Of a stretch of 64,000 nucleotides of DNA, positions 30,988 to 40,810 are shown piece after piece. The notes beneath the pieces were generated by a model. It did not search any database and was not told where the DNA came from. It saw nothing but the letters and a program-made list of their open reading frames with translations. This DNA comes from an uncultured Candidatus Saccharibacteria bacterium. Its GTDB lineage: Bacteria; Patescibacteriota; Minisyncoccia; Phycocordibacterales; UBA9973. Every line of letters begins with the position of its first letter. Within the stretch, counting starts at the first letter, position 1. The translations under genes were made by a program, and so were the position numbers. The DNA lies in contig CAYODR010000001.1 of assembly GCA_964402895.1 (NCBI GenBank), forward strand, positions 53,641 to 117,640. Reading direction: 5' to 3'.

Positions 30988-31257
30988 ATGGAAGAATATG
31001 AAAAGAAAGAGTTAATGGAAGCTCTTTTACTTATACCCATGGTAGTAATCATGTTTGGAGCAGCAATATTAAATGCTTATACATTTCAAATGATTTCAGC
31101 ATTTGTGTTTACAATTGCTATTTGTATGTCAGGAGTTACTCTTATTTCTCACACCAAAAATTTTGATGAAAAAAATTATAACTACCAATTAAAATTATTC
31201 TATAGCTATATATTAGTTATAACTATAATTAGTATATCTCTTCGGTATTTTATTTAG
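30988..31257 (+). CDS. small membrane protein (89 aa, 2-3 TM), hypothetical
   Basis: Hydrophobic segments; driven by cassette A; terminator aaagctggctatgtccggctttttt downstream. Confidence 0.5.
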   Translation: MEEYEKKELMEALLLIPMVVIMFGAAILNAYTFQMISAFVFTIAICMSGVTLISHTKNFDEKNYNYQLKLFYSYILVITIISISLRYFI

Positions 31258-31322
31258 TTATAAATATAAAAGCTGGCTATGTCCGGCTTTTTTTATTGCT
31301 ATTTTTGTGTATAATAGCTGAT

Positions 31323-31880
31323 ATGAAGGATGAAGAAATTATATTTGATGATGAAATAGTTCCAAGTAATGAAGATGGTACAGAACTATCTGGTACTGAC
31401 AAAATCAAAAAACTTCGTGAAAAAATCAAAAAACTAGAAAAGGAAAAACAAGAATATTTAGATGGTTGGCAAAGATCTAGAGCCGATTATGCAAATGTGA
31501 TAAAAACAGCCGAAGAAGATAAGAAAGCTTTCAGAGTTTTTTTTGCTGAACAATTTTCTGAGGATTTATTCCCAGTACTTGATAGTTTTGATATGGCAAT
31601 GAAAAATCGCGAGCTTTGGGAAAAAGTAGATGAGAATTGGCGTCGCGGTGTAGAGTATATACATCAGCAATTATTAAACTCACTTTCAAATCATAACTTT
31701 GCACCATTTTGTATTGTTGGAGATGTATTTGATCCAAATTTACACGAAGCGGTAGAGTCTATAAATACAGACGACACTTCACTTGATAATACTATCGCGG
31801 AAGTATTGCAGTGTGGATACAGGATAGGTGAGAAAGTACTAAGACCAGCGAGAGTAAAAGTATATTCAAAACAAAAATAG
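31323..31880 (+). CDS. grpE: nucleotide exchange factor GrpE
   Basis: Coiled-coil N-terminus then GrpE core (WQRSRADYANV…FDPNLHEAV); start at MKDEEII. Confidence 0.85.
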   Translation: MKDEEIIFDDEIVPSNEDGTELSGTDKIKKLREKIKKLEKEKQEYLDGWQRSRADYANVIKTAEEDKKAFRVFFAEQFSEDLFPVLDSFDMAMKNRELWEKVDENWRRGVEYIHQQLLNSLSNHNFAPFCIVGDVFDPNLHEAVESINTDDTSLDNTIAEVLQCGYRIGEKVLRPARVKVYSKQK

Positions 31881-31899
31881 GGCATAGCCCTTTTTTGTT

Positions 31900-32430
31900 T
31901 TACATTAAATGATTTAGAAAGGTTTTTTCACTTTCTTTATCTAATGTATCTGTGACAATAATGATGAGTTCTGTACTTAATCCTAAATCTGTTTTTATGT
32001 TCATGAACAAGTGTTCAAGTGGTAGGTGAGAAATCCAAACAGAATTTTTAAGTAATACAAAACCAGCTTTCTTGAGTAAGTATCTTAAACCGTCTCTTTC
32101 TGATTTTCTATCTTCCGGAAGATCAAGCATTATGATTCGCCATTTACCATCCCAATTTGGATTAAAAAGGGCATTTGTATGTTCTAATTTTATACTATGT
32201 GCTTTTCTCTTTCCTTCGCGCGTTAGGCGTGTATAAGTATTTTGTCCAGAATAGTGTGTCTCAACCATTCCAGTGTCTTCTAGACCTTTTAAAGACCTTT
32301 TAAGCGTGTATTTTGCTCCGCCCATATCTTTTATCGCATCTTCAAGTTCCGGCACAGATACGGCTGGTTTAGAGGATAATAGGCTTATTATCTTCTTAGA
32401 GAAAGACTGTTTTTTGTCTGTTTTCTGCAT
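31900..32430 (-). CDS. PaaX-like winged-helix transcriptional regulator
   Basis: N-terminal wHTH (VSVPELEDAIKDMGGAKYTLKRSLKGLEDTGMVE), C-terminal PaaX_C-like (DGKWRIIMLDLPEDRKSERDGLRYLLKKAGFVLLKNSVWISH); divergent from dnaK. Confidence 0.55.
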   Translation of the reverse strand: MQKTDKKQSFSKKIISLLSSKPAVSVPELEDAIKDMGGAKYTLKRSLKGLEDTGMVETHYSGQNTYTRLTREGKRKAHSIKLEHTNALFNPNWDGKWRIIMLDLPEDRKSERDGLRYLLKKAGFVLLKNSVWISHLPLEHLFMNIKTDLGLSTELIIIVTDTLDKESEKTFLNHLM

Positions 32431-32432
32431 AT

Positions 32433-32460
32433 TTGCATCATATCAAAAAATTGTTATAAT
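32433..32460 (+). promoter_or_regulatory. dnaK promoter with extended -10 (TTGCAT-16-TGTTATAAT)
   Basis: -35-like at 32433-32438, TGt-TATAAT at 32452-32460. Confidence 0.5.
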
Positions 32461-32471
32461 AACAACAAGTA

Positions 32472-32487
32472 TTTCACGACCGTGAAA
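32472..32487. promoter_or_regulatory. perfect palindrome TTTCACG-AC-CGTGAAA, candidate operator at the dnaK transcription start
   Basis: 7-bp arms with a 2-bp spacer directly downstream of the dnaK -10, between the divergent PaaX-like regulator and dnaK; not CIRCE. Confidence 0.45.
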
Positions 32488-32542
32488 ATGATGCATAGAA
32501 ATACTATTGATGTTATTGGAAATTTAATTTTTTTGAAAAAAT

Positions 32543-34426
32543 ATGGGAAAAATTATTGGAATTGACTTAGGTACTACAAATAGTGCTGTAGCTATAATTG
32601 AAGGTGGACAACCAAAGATTATTGAAAACATAGAAGGTGCAAGAACTACTCCTTCTATTGTGGCACAAGCTAAAAATGGAGATAGACTTGTTGGTCTTTT
32701 GGCTAAAAGACAAGCTGTGACTAATCCACAAAATACTGTATACGGTATTAAGCGTTTAATGGGTCACAAATATACTGATCCAGGTATTGATAAGGTGACT
32801 TCACATATGCCTTTTAAGGTATCTGCCGGAGCCGATGGTGGTGCAGTTGTGACTCTTGATGGAAAAGAAAATCGTCCAGAAGAAATTTCAGCAATGATTT
32901 TGCAAAAGATTAAGACTGATGTAGAAGCAAAGATTGGGGAAAAAGTAACCGAAGCTATTATCACAGTACCAGCTTACTTTAATGATGCGCAAAGAAAAGC
33001 AACAAAAGACGCTGGAGCTATTGCGGGACTTGATGTGAAAAGAATCATCAACGAACCTACAGCAGCTGCGCTTGCTTATGGATTAGATAGTAAAAAAGAT
33101 GAGCAAGTAGTAGTCTACGACTTCGGTGGAGGTACATTTGATGTGTCTGTACTTGAAATAGGTAATGATGTCATAGAAGTAAAATCAACTGATGGTGATT
33201 CAATGATGGGGGGTCGTGATATTGACCAAAAAATTGTTGAATGGATTGCTGATGAATTTAAAAAAGAATCAGGTATTGATGTGACTAAGGATCCTCTTGC
33301 ACTTCAAAGACTTGATGAGGCAGCTGAAAAAGCAAAAATTGAACTTTCAACTACAACAGAAACAGAAATCAATATCCCATTTATCACATCAACAGATGCA
33401 GGACCTCAGCACTTATTACTCAAACTCACTCGTGCTCAGCTTGAAAATCTAGCAGATGAATATATCGCTCGCTCAATAGAAATCACAAAGCGCGCGATTG
33501 AAGCTTCACCATTTAAAATAAATGAAATAGATGAAATCATTCTAGTTGGTGGACAAACTCGTATGCCAAAGATTCTAGAAGAAGTTAAGAAACTATTTGG
33601 AAAAGAACCGAATCGTTCAATCAATCCAGATGAAGTTGTAGCTATGGGTGCAGCTGTACAAGGCGGTGTACTTCAAGGTGATGTGCGAGATGTACTCTTG
33701 CTTGATGTAATCCCACTTTCACTCGGTATTGAAACTTTAGGAGGGGTTGCAACAAAGCTTATAGAAAAGAATAGTACTATCCCAACTTCAAAGAGTCAGA
33801 CATTCTCAACAGCCGCTGATAATCAAACTTCTGTAGAGATTCATATCACTCAAGGAGAAAGACCGATGGCGACTGACAATAAATCTCTAGGTAGATTTGT
33901 CCTAGAAGGTATTCCACCAGCACCAAGAGGTACTCCACAAGTAGAAGTGACTTTTGATGTAGATGCCAATGGTATCTTGAATGTAAAAGCAAAAGATAAA
34001 ACTTCTGGTAAAGAGCAATCTATCAGAATTGAGGCTTCAAGTGGACTAACAGATGAGGAGATAGAAAAGATGAAAAAAGATGCAGAGATGCATGCAAAAG
34101 AAGATGAAGAAAAGAAAATGATGGTAGATGTAAAAAACAATGCCGATACTCATATCTTCACAGCTGAAAAATCTCTAAATGATCATAAAGATCAAATCAC
34201 TGATGACATTCGAGATGCTGTTCAATCAAAAATAGATAATCTGAAAAATGTAAAAGAAGGAACAGATAAGACTGCTATTGAAACTGCTATTGATGAGCTT
34301 TCAAAAGAAATGCAAAAGATAGGGGAAGTAATGGCAAAAGCAAACCCTGCTGAAAATACAGATGCTGGAGCTGATAATGTAAAAGATGCAGAAGCAACTG
34401 ATACTACAGACGAAGAAAAAGCTTAG
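32543..34426 (+). CDS. dnaK: molecular chaperone DnaK (Hsp70)
   Basis: [18 protein letters not shown], full Hsp70 signatures; 627 aa. Confidence 0.95.
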   Translation: MGKIIGIDLGTTNSAVAIIEGGQPKIIENIEGARTTPSIVAQAKNGDRLVGLLAKRQAVTNPQNTVYGIKRLMGHKYTDPGIDKVTSHMPFKVSAGADGGAVVTLDGKENRPEEISAMILQKIKTDVEAKIGEKVTEAIITVPAYFNDAQRKATKDAGAIAGLDVKRIINEPTAAALAYGLDSKKDEQVVVYDFGGGTFDVSVLEIGNDVIEVKSTDGDSMMGGRDIDQKIVEWIADEFKKESGIDVTKDPLALQRLDEAAEKAKIELSTTTETEINIPFITSTDAGPQHLLLKLTRAQLENLADEYIARSIEITKRAIEASPFKINEIDEIILVGGQTRMPKILEEVKKLFGKEPNRSINPDEVVAMGAAVQGGVLQGDVRDVLLLDVIPLSLGIETLGGVATKLIEKNSTIPTSKSQTFSTAADNQTSVEIHITQGERPMATDNKSLGRFVLEGIPPAPRGTPQVEVTFDVDANGILNVKAKDKTSGKEQSIRIEASSGLTDEEIEKMKKDAEMHAKEDEEKKMMVDVKNNADTHIFTAEKSLNDHKDQITDDIRDAVQSKIDNLKNVKEGTDKTAIETAIDELSKEMQKIGEVMAKANPAENTDAGADNVKDAEATDTTDEEKA

Positions 34427-34440
34427 AAAATAAAGCTTAA

Positions 34441-34490
34441 AATACTAAAACACCCTATAATATAGGGTGTTTTAGTATTGACTTTTTTCA
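34441..34490 (+). terminator. terminator: 19-bp perfect palindrome + T-run
   Basis: aatactaaaacaccctata / tatagggtgttttagtatt, then gacTTTTTTca. Confidence 0.7.
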
Positions 34491-34528
34491 TAATATATGA
34501 TATTATTTAATCGAATAGGATAAGCAAA
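34478..34528 (+). promoter_or_regulatory. conserved promoter+leader cassette, copy B (TTGACT-17-TATTAT + TTAATCGAATAGGATAAGCAAA)
   Basis: -35 at 34478-34483, -10 at 34501-34506, conserved leader at 34507-34528. Confidence 0.65.
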
Positions 34529-34562
34529 CAAAATTTTAACTCTTTAACAAAAGAATATTGAA

Positions 34563-35150
34563 ATGGAAAAATTAGAAGAAATCAAGTCATTCATCAAACG
34601 TTCTGTACATTTTACAAACTTTTCAGGATATACTGATCCTAGGGAAGTAGACTGGGATGAACTCATTCAAATCTCAAAGTATCAAAAATCTAAAAGACAC
34701 GGCTTCACTCTAAATCAAGAAACTCTGGGTTTAGATTTTGAAAAGTTTAAACCAACCATTATTTCTAGAGAAGAATGGTATAATAAACCAATAGGAAAAG
34801 TCTGTGAAGAAGTTATCAAAGAATATAGTGATACTCACTATATTCCTGGCTTTGAATACCAAAAATGGTTGAGACAAAATCCTGATAAAGTACCATCATT
34901 TCTAGAAGATGGAAAACGATATTATACTCCAGGAACCGTGTTTACCCACTGCTCAGGCAGAGTGGATATCCCTTTTGGGTGGTATTATGAGGGGTACCGG
35001 TGGCAATGTTGTTTCAGCGGAGATTCTGTCGAGTGGCCTTTTGGTTCCAACGGGGGTATTATCCTCCTACCGCGAAAAAAAGATATCTTACTTAAAGAGG
35101 CAATAAAACTCTGTGAGGAAAATGGATTTACTGTTTCAAGACCTTTGTAA
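34563..35150 (+). CDS. hypothetical Cys/Trp-rich protein with GC-rich 3' region (…YRWQCCFSGDSVEWPFGSNGG…)
   Basis: 195-aa ORF driven by cassette B. The 34950-35060 segment is markedly GC-rich. It shares a DGK…C…CCF motif with ORF complement(6206..6718). Confidence 0.5.
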   Translation: MEKLEEIKSFIKRSVHFTNFSGYTDPREVDWDELIQISKYQKSKRHGFTLNQETLGLDFEKFKPTIISREEWYNKPIGKVCEEVIKEYSDTHYIPGFEYQKWLRQNPDKVPSFLEDGKRYYTPGTVFTHCSGRVDIPFGWYYEGYRWQCCFSGDSVEWPFGSNGGIILLPRKKDILLKEAIKLCEENGFTVSRPL

Positions 35151-35169
35151 ATTCAAATTTCAAGATTTT

Positions 35170-35212
35170 ACCTTCTCCCCCGAGCCCCGCAGTGATGCGC
35201 GGCTTTTTTTAT
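35170..35212 (+). terminator. rho-independent terminator
   Basis: gccccgcagtgatgcgcggc then TTTTTTTA. Confidence 0.55.
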
Positions 35213-35309
35213 TACATAAAAATAATATAATTAAAATATTCAAAATTAAATACTAAATATTTTAAGTAGTATAAATTTAGGGGACATAAGTTGTGATTAT
35301 TTAAACCTA

Positions 35310-35338
35310 TTGACTTTTTATAAAATATATTTTATTAT
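35310..35338 (+). promoter_or_regulatory. promoter cassette copy W (TTGACT-17-TATTAT; leader diverged)
   Basis: -35 at 35310-35315, -10 at 35333-35338. Same -35/T5/-10 architecture as copies A, B and Z. Confidence 0.55.
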
Positions 35339-35392
35339 ATGTAAAAATAAGAACTAACAAACAAATTATTGACAACAAAATATGGATGAATT

Positions 35393-36070
35393 ATGAAAAA
35401 AATCTTTTTTACCGCACTCTTTTTGGTTTTTGCATTTTTTGCTAAATCTCAAACAATTGGGACTTTTGTTGCAACAAACAACGGTATTGCAACTATTCCA
35501 TTGTTCACACTGGGTGATCCTGCTACAATATTTTCATTAAAACATACTGGAAAAAGATTTGAAGTCCAGAATGAAACTGCTTTTAATTTAAAAAGCGGCA
35601 GTGCTTGGTTTGTAAATAACTGGTTAAGATACAGGTATGAACCTACTGAAGGACTTGAGTTTTTTGTAGGAGGAAGTTATACCTTAAATTTTCCACAAGA
35701 TCGTACTGTAATACACTATAAGGTGTATGAAGCAAAAGTTTTATATTCTTTTAAAAAAGCTGGAACTTTTGAATTAAAGTATTGGTATCTTGATCCAATG
35801 AAGGTTGATGGGAACAATGGTGTTAAGGGTGGTTATACTGGTTTTATATATTTAAAAAATATTGAAACAAAAAGTATGATTATTCAAATTTCACCACAAA
35901 TCTGTCATATAAATTTTATTGGCAGTATTAAGGGATTTTCTACCTCCGCATCTTTAAATGCTTTGCACAAAAAAACGGGAATCTTCGCGGGGACGCAAGG
36001 GATAAAACCTTTGATTGAAGGTATTGATCCATCCTGGAATGTCTCGGTTGGATTGGTAAAAAGTTTTTAA
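35393..36070 (+). CDS. secreted beta-rich protein, hypothetical
   Basis: Signal peptide MKKIFFTALFLVFAFFAKSQ; alternating hydrophobic/aromatic beta-strand pattern; terminator cacctgat-aca-atcaggtg+T7 at 36093-36118. Confidence 0.55.
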   Translation: MKKIFFTALFLVFAFFAKSQTIGTFVATNNGIATIPLFTLGDPATIFSLKHTGKRFEVQNETAFNLKSGSAWFVNNWLRYRYEPTEGLEFFVGGSYTLNFPQDRTVIHYKVYEAKVLYSFKKAGTFELKYWYLDPMKVDGNNGVKGGYTGFIYLKNIETKSMIIQISPQICHINFIGSIKGFSTSASLNALHKKTGIFAGTQGIKPLIEGIDPSWNVSVGLVKSF

Positions 36071-36160
36071 CATTATTTACGCCTTAGGCGGGCACCTGAT
36101 ACAATCAGGTGTTTTTTTATATTCTTTTAATTTTGTCTAAAATATGATATACTCTTGCGC

Positions 36161-36238
36161 ATGAACAAGAAACGAAAAATAGCAGCAAAGAAAAAGCGTA
36201 AGGCAGCAGGAAAGAACGTTTCTCTACGCCATCGCTAA
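36161..36238 (+). CDS. candidate 25-aa Lys/Arg-rich peptide (MNKKRKIAAKKKRKAAGKNVSLRHR)
   Basis: Sits between its own upstream terminator and -10-like TATACT and a downstream hairpin aaaaccggag…ctctggtttt + T-run; no SD; below ORF-track cutoff. Confidence 0.35.
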   Translation: MNKKRKIAAKKKRKAAGKNVSLRHR

Positions 36239-36329
36239 TGATAAAACCGGAGAATATCTCTGGTTTTATTTTTTATATTTTGTGGTATAATCACAAAATA
36301 AATTATAATAATTTTTATTATTTAAAACT

Positions 36330-37388
36330 ATGAAAGACTATTACGAAACATTAGGTATTGATAAAAATGCATCTAAAGATGAGATTAAGAAAGCATTTCA
36401 CAAGCTAGCTCATAAATACCACCCAGACAAAAATGGCGGTGATGATACAAAGTTTAAAGAAGTGAATGAAGCTTATCAAACTCTTTCTGATGATCAAAAG
36501 CGTGCTCAATACGACCAATTTGGTAGTGCTGGACCACAAGGAGGTTTTGGTGGTTTTGATATGGGTGGTTTTGATTTCTCAGGATTTCAGCAAGGAGGTT
36601 TTGGTGGTTTTGATATGGGAGATATTTTTGGAGACATCTTTCGCGGTGGAAAAAGTCGTACAAGAAGAGGTGCTGACCTTCAAACAAAAATCAACATTGA
36701 TTTTAAAGAAAGTATTTTTGGTGTAGAGAGAGAAATTAAAATCACAAAACCATCTGTGTGTAATGACTGTGAGGGTTCGGGTGCTACTAAGGGCACAGAA
36801 ATGGAGACATGTTCTCAGTGCGGAGGAAAAGGTAGTGTAAAAAATGTACAAAGAACTATTCTCGGATCTATTGCTACAAATCAAACCTGTAGTAAATGTA
36901 ATGGACAAGGAAAGATTCCAAAAGATCCTTGTAAAAAATGTAAGGGTAGTGGAGTAGTAAACGAAGCTCGTACTATCAAAATCGCAGTACCCGCAGGCAT
37001 TAATCATGGAGAAACACTTCGTTTAGCTGGTATGGGTGAAGCTATATCTGGAGGTCAAGCTGGGGATCTTTATGTAATAGTATCAGTATCTCAAGATAAA
37101 AAAATAACTCGTCAAAGAAGTGATTTATTTTATACATTACCAATCAAGCTTACCGATGCGCTTCTTGGTTCGGAATACAAAATACAAACTCTTGATGGAG
37201 AAATTGATGTAAAAATACCGGCAGGAACAAAAGTTGGTGATACTGTATCATTAAAAGGATATGGTGTACCTACTGGTTTTGGTTCAAAAAGAGGTGATTT
37301 TATCATCAATCTAGATATCTCACTACCAAATAAACTTTCAAAAAAAGCTAAAGATATAATAGAAGAATTAAAAAAGGAAGGGATATAA
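36330..37388 (+). CDS. dnaJ: molecular chaperone DnaJ
   Basis: J domain with HPD (YHPDKN), G/F-rich repeats (GGFGGFDMG x2), four CxxCxGxG zinc-finger repeats; extended -10 TGgTATAAT upstream. Confidence 0.95.
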   Translation: MKDYYETLGIDKNASKDEIKKAFHKLAHKYHPDKNGGDDTKFKEVNEAYQTLSDDQKRAQYDQFGSAGPQGGFGGFDMGGFDFSGFQQGGFGGFDMGDIFGDIFRGGKSRTRRGADLQTKINIDFKESIFGVEREIKITKPSVCNDCEGSGATKGTEMETCSQCGGKGSVKNVQRTILGSIATNQTCSKCNGQGKIPKDPCKKCKGSGVVNEARTIKIAVPAGINHGETLRLAGMGEAISGGQAGDLYVIVSVSQDKKITRQRSDLFYTLPIKLTDALLGSEYKIQTLDGEIDVKIPAGTKVGDTVSLKGYGVPTGFGSKRGDFIINLDISLPNKLSKKAKDIIEELKKEGI

Positions 37389-37434
37389 GAAAAGCGCACC
37401 AAGTGGCGCGCTTTTTATTTTTGAAAAAAAAGAA

Positions 37435-39183
37435 TTAAGAAACTACAGGTGTTGTTTGCAATTCCCACATTTCTTTGTAGTCAGCACAATCATTGATTAA
37501 CTCATTGTGGTTTCCTTGATGTTTTATTTCTCCTTTTCCGAGAAGAATAATTTCATCGAGTATCGCCACAGTGGACAATCTATGAGCTATGACTATTAGG
37601 GTTTTACCAGAGAAATTTTCTTTGATTGCATCTTGGATAGACTTTTCAGTCTTTGCATCAAGAGCACTTGTTGGCTCATCCATAATCACAATAGGTGCAT
37701 CTTTTAAGATGGCTGCTGCTATAGCAATTCGTTGGCATTCTCCACCAGAAAGTTTTACACCTCTTTCTCCAACAATAGTATCAAATCCATTTGGAAATTT
37801 TTCCCAAATAAAATGACAACTTGCTTTTTCAGCTGCTGATCTGATTTCTTCAAAACTAGCATTTGGTTTACCCATAGAAATAATATCAATTATTTTTTCT
37901 GATGGAAAAATAGGAGATTGGGGAACATAAGATACCCATGAGCGAATTACAGCCTTATCTGTTTCATTTAATAGATTTGATCCTATATAAATTTCTCCTA
38001 ATTTGGGCTGATAGATTCCAAGTATCAATTTTGTGATAGTAGATTTACCAGCACCTGTTTCGCCTATAATTCCATAGCGGACACCGCTTTGAAATTCAAT
38101 TGATAAATCTTTAATCACAGGTTCATTTTTACTGTAATTAAAAGAAACTCTATCAAATTTTATACTGTTTTTCTCCAATATAACTTTTTGAGTATCATCA
38201 ATAGGTTCTTCTTCAGGGTGATTCATAAGCTCCGAAAGCTCATAGGCTTCTGCAAAAGCTGTTCTTACTTTAACCACACTTCTACCGAGTCCCCACATAT
38301 AAGCAGTCAAAGACGCAATATATGACTGGACTAAGACGGCTGTACCGAGCGTATGCGTACCTTTTATAACTTCTTTAATTACAAAAGACATACATAGTAT
38401 CTCAAGAGTAATGACTAAAGCTGATTGAATCAGCCATTGAAAATTTCCGAAGTACCATGATTTCCGTCTTTTCAGTTCGTCTTGATGGGTTAATTCGCTG
38501 TACTTATTTACAGTTCTTTGAACTGAAGAAAAGACTCTAATGGTAAATATAGATAAAAATATATCACTCATTTTACTAGTTACAGCAGAATCAGCTTCAG
38601 AGCTTACTAAGTCATGCTTTTCTCGAATCATGGATAATAATATAGTAGTAGTTGCAAAAACTATTACCCATATAATAAAAATCCAAACTATTTCAGGAAT
38701 TACAAAACTTATATAAGTGATAATAAAAATCACTAAAAGAATTGATTTATTGATTGAATATACAAATTCATCAATAATTGATTCTGATACATGAGAAAAT
38801 CTTTTAGACTTTGCGACTAATCCTCCGGAGGTAGTATCTGTAAAAAATTTCGCACCCTTTCTTAGAAGGTTGTCCATCGAATAATTTTTGAAATCTTTTA
38901 TCGTTTTTGCCTCAACAAAAACAACTAAGAAATCCCCAATTCTGTTTAGAACCCATGCAAAACATAATGCTATTACTATGTAGTAAAAGGGTGTCCAATC
39001 AAAACTTTTGTTTGCTAAAAGGTCAAAAATAGCTTTGTACTGCGTAGGTTTAAATATCGCATCAGCATATAGTGCTAATGAGTACAAAATAGTAATCGCA
39101 AGGAAATTCCATTTATTTTTTAAATAAACATTTTTCCAATGTGCCCAAACTGTTTGGGTTACTTTCTTTTTTCTTTTTTCCAT
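37435..39183 (-). CDS. ABC transporter permease/ATP-binding protein (exporter, fused TMD-NBD)
   Basis: 6 TM + NBD with Walker A GETGAGKST, signature LSGGECQRIAIA, Walker B IVIMDEPTSALD. Confidence 0.85.
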   Translation of the reverse strand: MEKRKKKVTQTVWAHWKNVYLKNKWNFLAITILYSLALYADAIFKPTQYKAIFDLLANKSFDWTPFYYIVIALCFAWVLNRIGDFLVVFVEAKTIKDFKNYSMDNLLRKGAKFFTDTTSGGLVAKSKRFSHVSESIIDEFVYSINKSILLVIFIITYISFVIPEIVWIFIIWVIVFATTTILLSMIREKHDLVSSEADSAVTSKMSDIFLSIFTIRVFSSVQRTVNKYSELTHQDELKRRKSWYFGNFQWLIQSALVITLEILCMSFVIKEVIKGTHTLGTAVLVQSYIASLTAYMWGLGRSVVKVRTAFAEAYELSELMNHPEEEPIDDTQKVILEKNSIKFDRVSFNYSKNEPVIKDLSIEFQSGVRYGIIGETGAGKSTITKLILGIYQPKLGEIYIGSNLLNETDKAVIRSWVSYVPQSPIFPSEKIIDIISMGKPNASFEEIRSAAEKASCHFIWEKFPNGFDTIVGERGVKLSGGECQRIAIAAAILKDAPIVIMDEPTSALDAKTEKSIQDAIKENFSGKTLIVIAHRLSTVAILDEIILLGKGEIKHQGNHNELINDCADYKEMWELQTTPVVS

Positions 39184-39301
39184 AATTATTTTTTTAAAGG
39201 TCCGTAAAAAGCTTTATTTAAGCTATATAAATTCAACCCAAATATATAATACTTTTAAGGCTTTGTCAAAAAATACTTTTATCTGCTATAATAATCTGGT
39301 T

Positions 39302-40762
39302 ATGGCATCACTTGAAGAATTGCGCATTGAGCGTTTAAAAAAGAAAGAACTTTTAGAGCAATCTGGTATCAATCCATATCCTGCTCGGACGAATAGGTCT
39401 CATAGTATAGATTTATTTTTAGATAGATTTTCTCTTTATGAAAATGGTAAGGATGAAATAGTCTTGGCGGGAAGGCTTATGAGTAAGCGTGGGCAAGGAG
39501 GTATTTCTTTTTGTGATATTTATGATGGTACTGCTCGGGTTCAGGCATTTTTGAAATCAGATGAAATGATTGCTGGTCAATATGATTTGTTTATTGACAC
39601 TATTGATACAGGAGACTTTATTGAATTTACTGGTTATGCATATACAACTCAAAGAGGTGCTCAGAGTATTTTTGTAAAATCATGGAAAGTACTTTCTAAG
39701 TCTTTACTACCAATTCCTGATCAATGGTACGGATTAAAAGATGATGATGAGAGATATAGAAAAAGATATTTAGATATTCTGCAAAATACAGAATTAAAAG
39801 AAATTTTCGTTAAAAAAGCAAAATTCTGGCAATCAGTTCGTAATTTTTTGGTGGCAGAAAACTTTTTAGAAGTAGAAACTCCAACGCTTGAAGTGACGAC
39901 CGGTGGTGCTGAAGCTAGACCATTTAAGACATATCACAATGACTTTGACTTAGATGTATATCTTCGTATATCAGTAGGAGAGCTTTGGCAAAAGAGACTA
40001 TTGGCTGCTGGTTTTCCAAGAACATTTGAAATAGGGCGTGTATACAGAAATGAAGGCTCAAGTCCTGATCACTTGCAAGAATTCACAAATGTAGAATTCT
40101 ACGCAGCTTTTATGGACTACAATCAAGGTATAGATTTTACCGAAAGAATGATCAAACATGTAGTACAAGAAACTTTTGGTACACTTGCCTTTTCAAGTCG
40201 TGGACATGATTTTGATTTAAATGGTACATGGGAAAGGATTTCATATATAGATACGATTAAAAAAATGGCTGGTATAGATATCTTGTCTGCGACAGATGAT
40301 GAAATGAAATCTAAGCTTGATGAATTGAAAGTAAAATACGAAGGCGCAAATCGTGAAAGACTTACAGATACTCTTTGGAAATATTGTAGGAAACAAATCT
40401 CAGGACCAGTATGGCTTGTAGATGTACCAAAGATAGTATCGCCACTAGCTAAAGCAAAAGAAGATAATCCGCTTTTGACAGAGCGTGTGCAGTTGATTCT
40501 CGCTGGTGCTGAATGTACAAATGGATTCTCTGAGCTTAATGACCCTATAGATCAAGCAGAAAGATTTGGTGTACAAAAGAAATTGATTGAAGAAGGAGAC
40601 GATGAAGCTATGATGAGTGATGATGAATTTGTTGAAATGCTTGAGCATGGTATGCCACCAGCATTTGGATTTGGAGTGGGGGAGAGATTCTTTGCATTCC
40701 TTGTGGGCAAACCACTTCGCGAAACACAACTATTCCCACTACTTAAACCAAAACAAGATTAA
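39302..40762 (+). CDS. lysS: lysyl-tRNA synthetase (class II)
   Basis: OB-fold anticodon-binding domain then class II motifs (FLEVETPTL, GRVYRNEG, GFGVGERF); start taken at MASLEEL. Confidence 0.9.
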   Translation: MASLEELRIERLKKKELLEQSGINPYPARTNRSHSIDLFLDRFSLYENGKDEIVLAGRLMSKRGQGGISFCDIYDGTARVQAFLKSDEMIAGQYDLFIDTIDTGDFIEFTGYAYTTQRGAQSIFVKSWKVLSKSLLPIPDQWYGLKDDDERYRKRYLDILQNTELKEIFVKKAKFWQSVRNFLVAENFLEVETPTLEVTTGGAEARPFKTYHNDFDLDVYLRISVGELWQKRLLAAGFPRTFEIGRVYRNEGSSPDHLQEFTNVEFYAAFMDYNQGIDFTERMIKHVVQETFGTLAFSSRGHDFDLNGTWERISYIDTIKKMAGIDILSATDDEMKSKLDELKVKYEGANRERLTDTLWKYCRKQISGPVWLVDVPKIVSPLAKAKEDNPLLTERVQLILAGAECTNGFSELNDPIDQAERFGVQKKLIEEGDDEAMMSDDEFVEMLEHGMPPAFGFGVGERFFAFLVGKPLRETQLFPLLKPKQD

Positions 40763-40765
40763 ATT

Positions 40766-40800
40766 AAAAAATACCCCTAAATTATTTAGGGGTATTTTTA
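40766..40800. terminator. bidirectional terminator (lysS/cysS)
   Basis: aaaaatacccctaaat-t-atttaggggtattttt: 12-bp palindrome flanked by A/T runs. Confidence 0.75.
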
Positions 40801-40810
40801 TATTTTTTTC

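Noticed and set aside
36520-36660. Short nucleotide repeats (ggaggttttggtggttttgatatggg x2) that might suggest a repeat array
   Set aside because: They lie inside the dnaJ G/F-rich linker and encode GGFGGFDMG, so they are a protein-level repeat, not a CRISPR or minisatellite.
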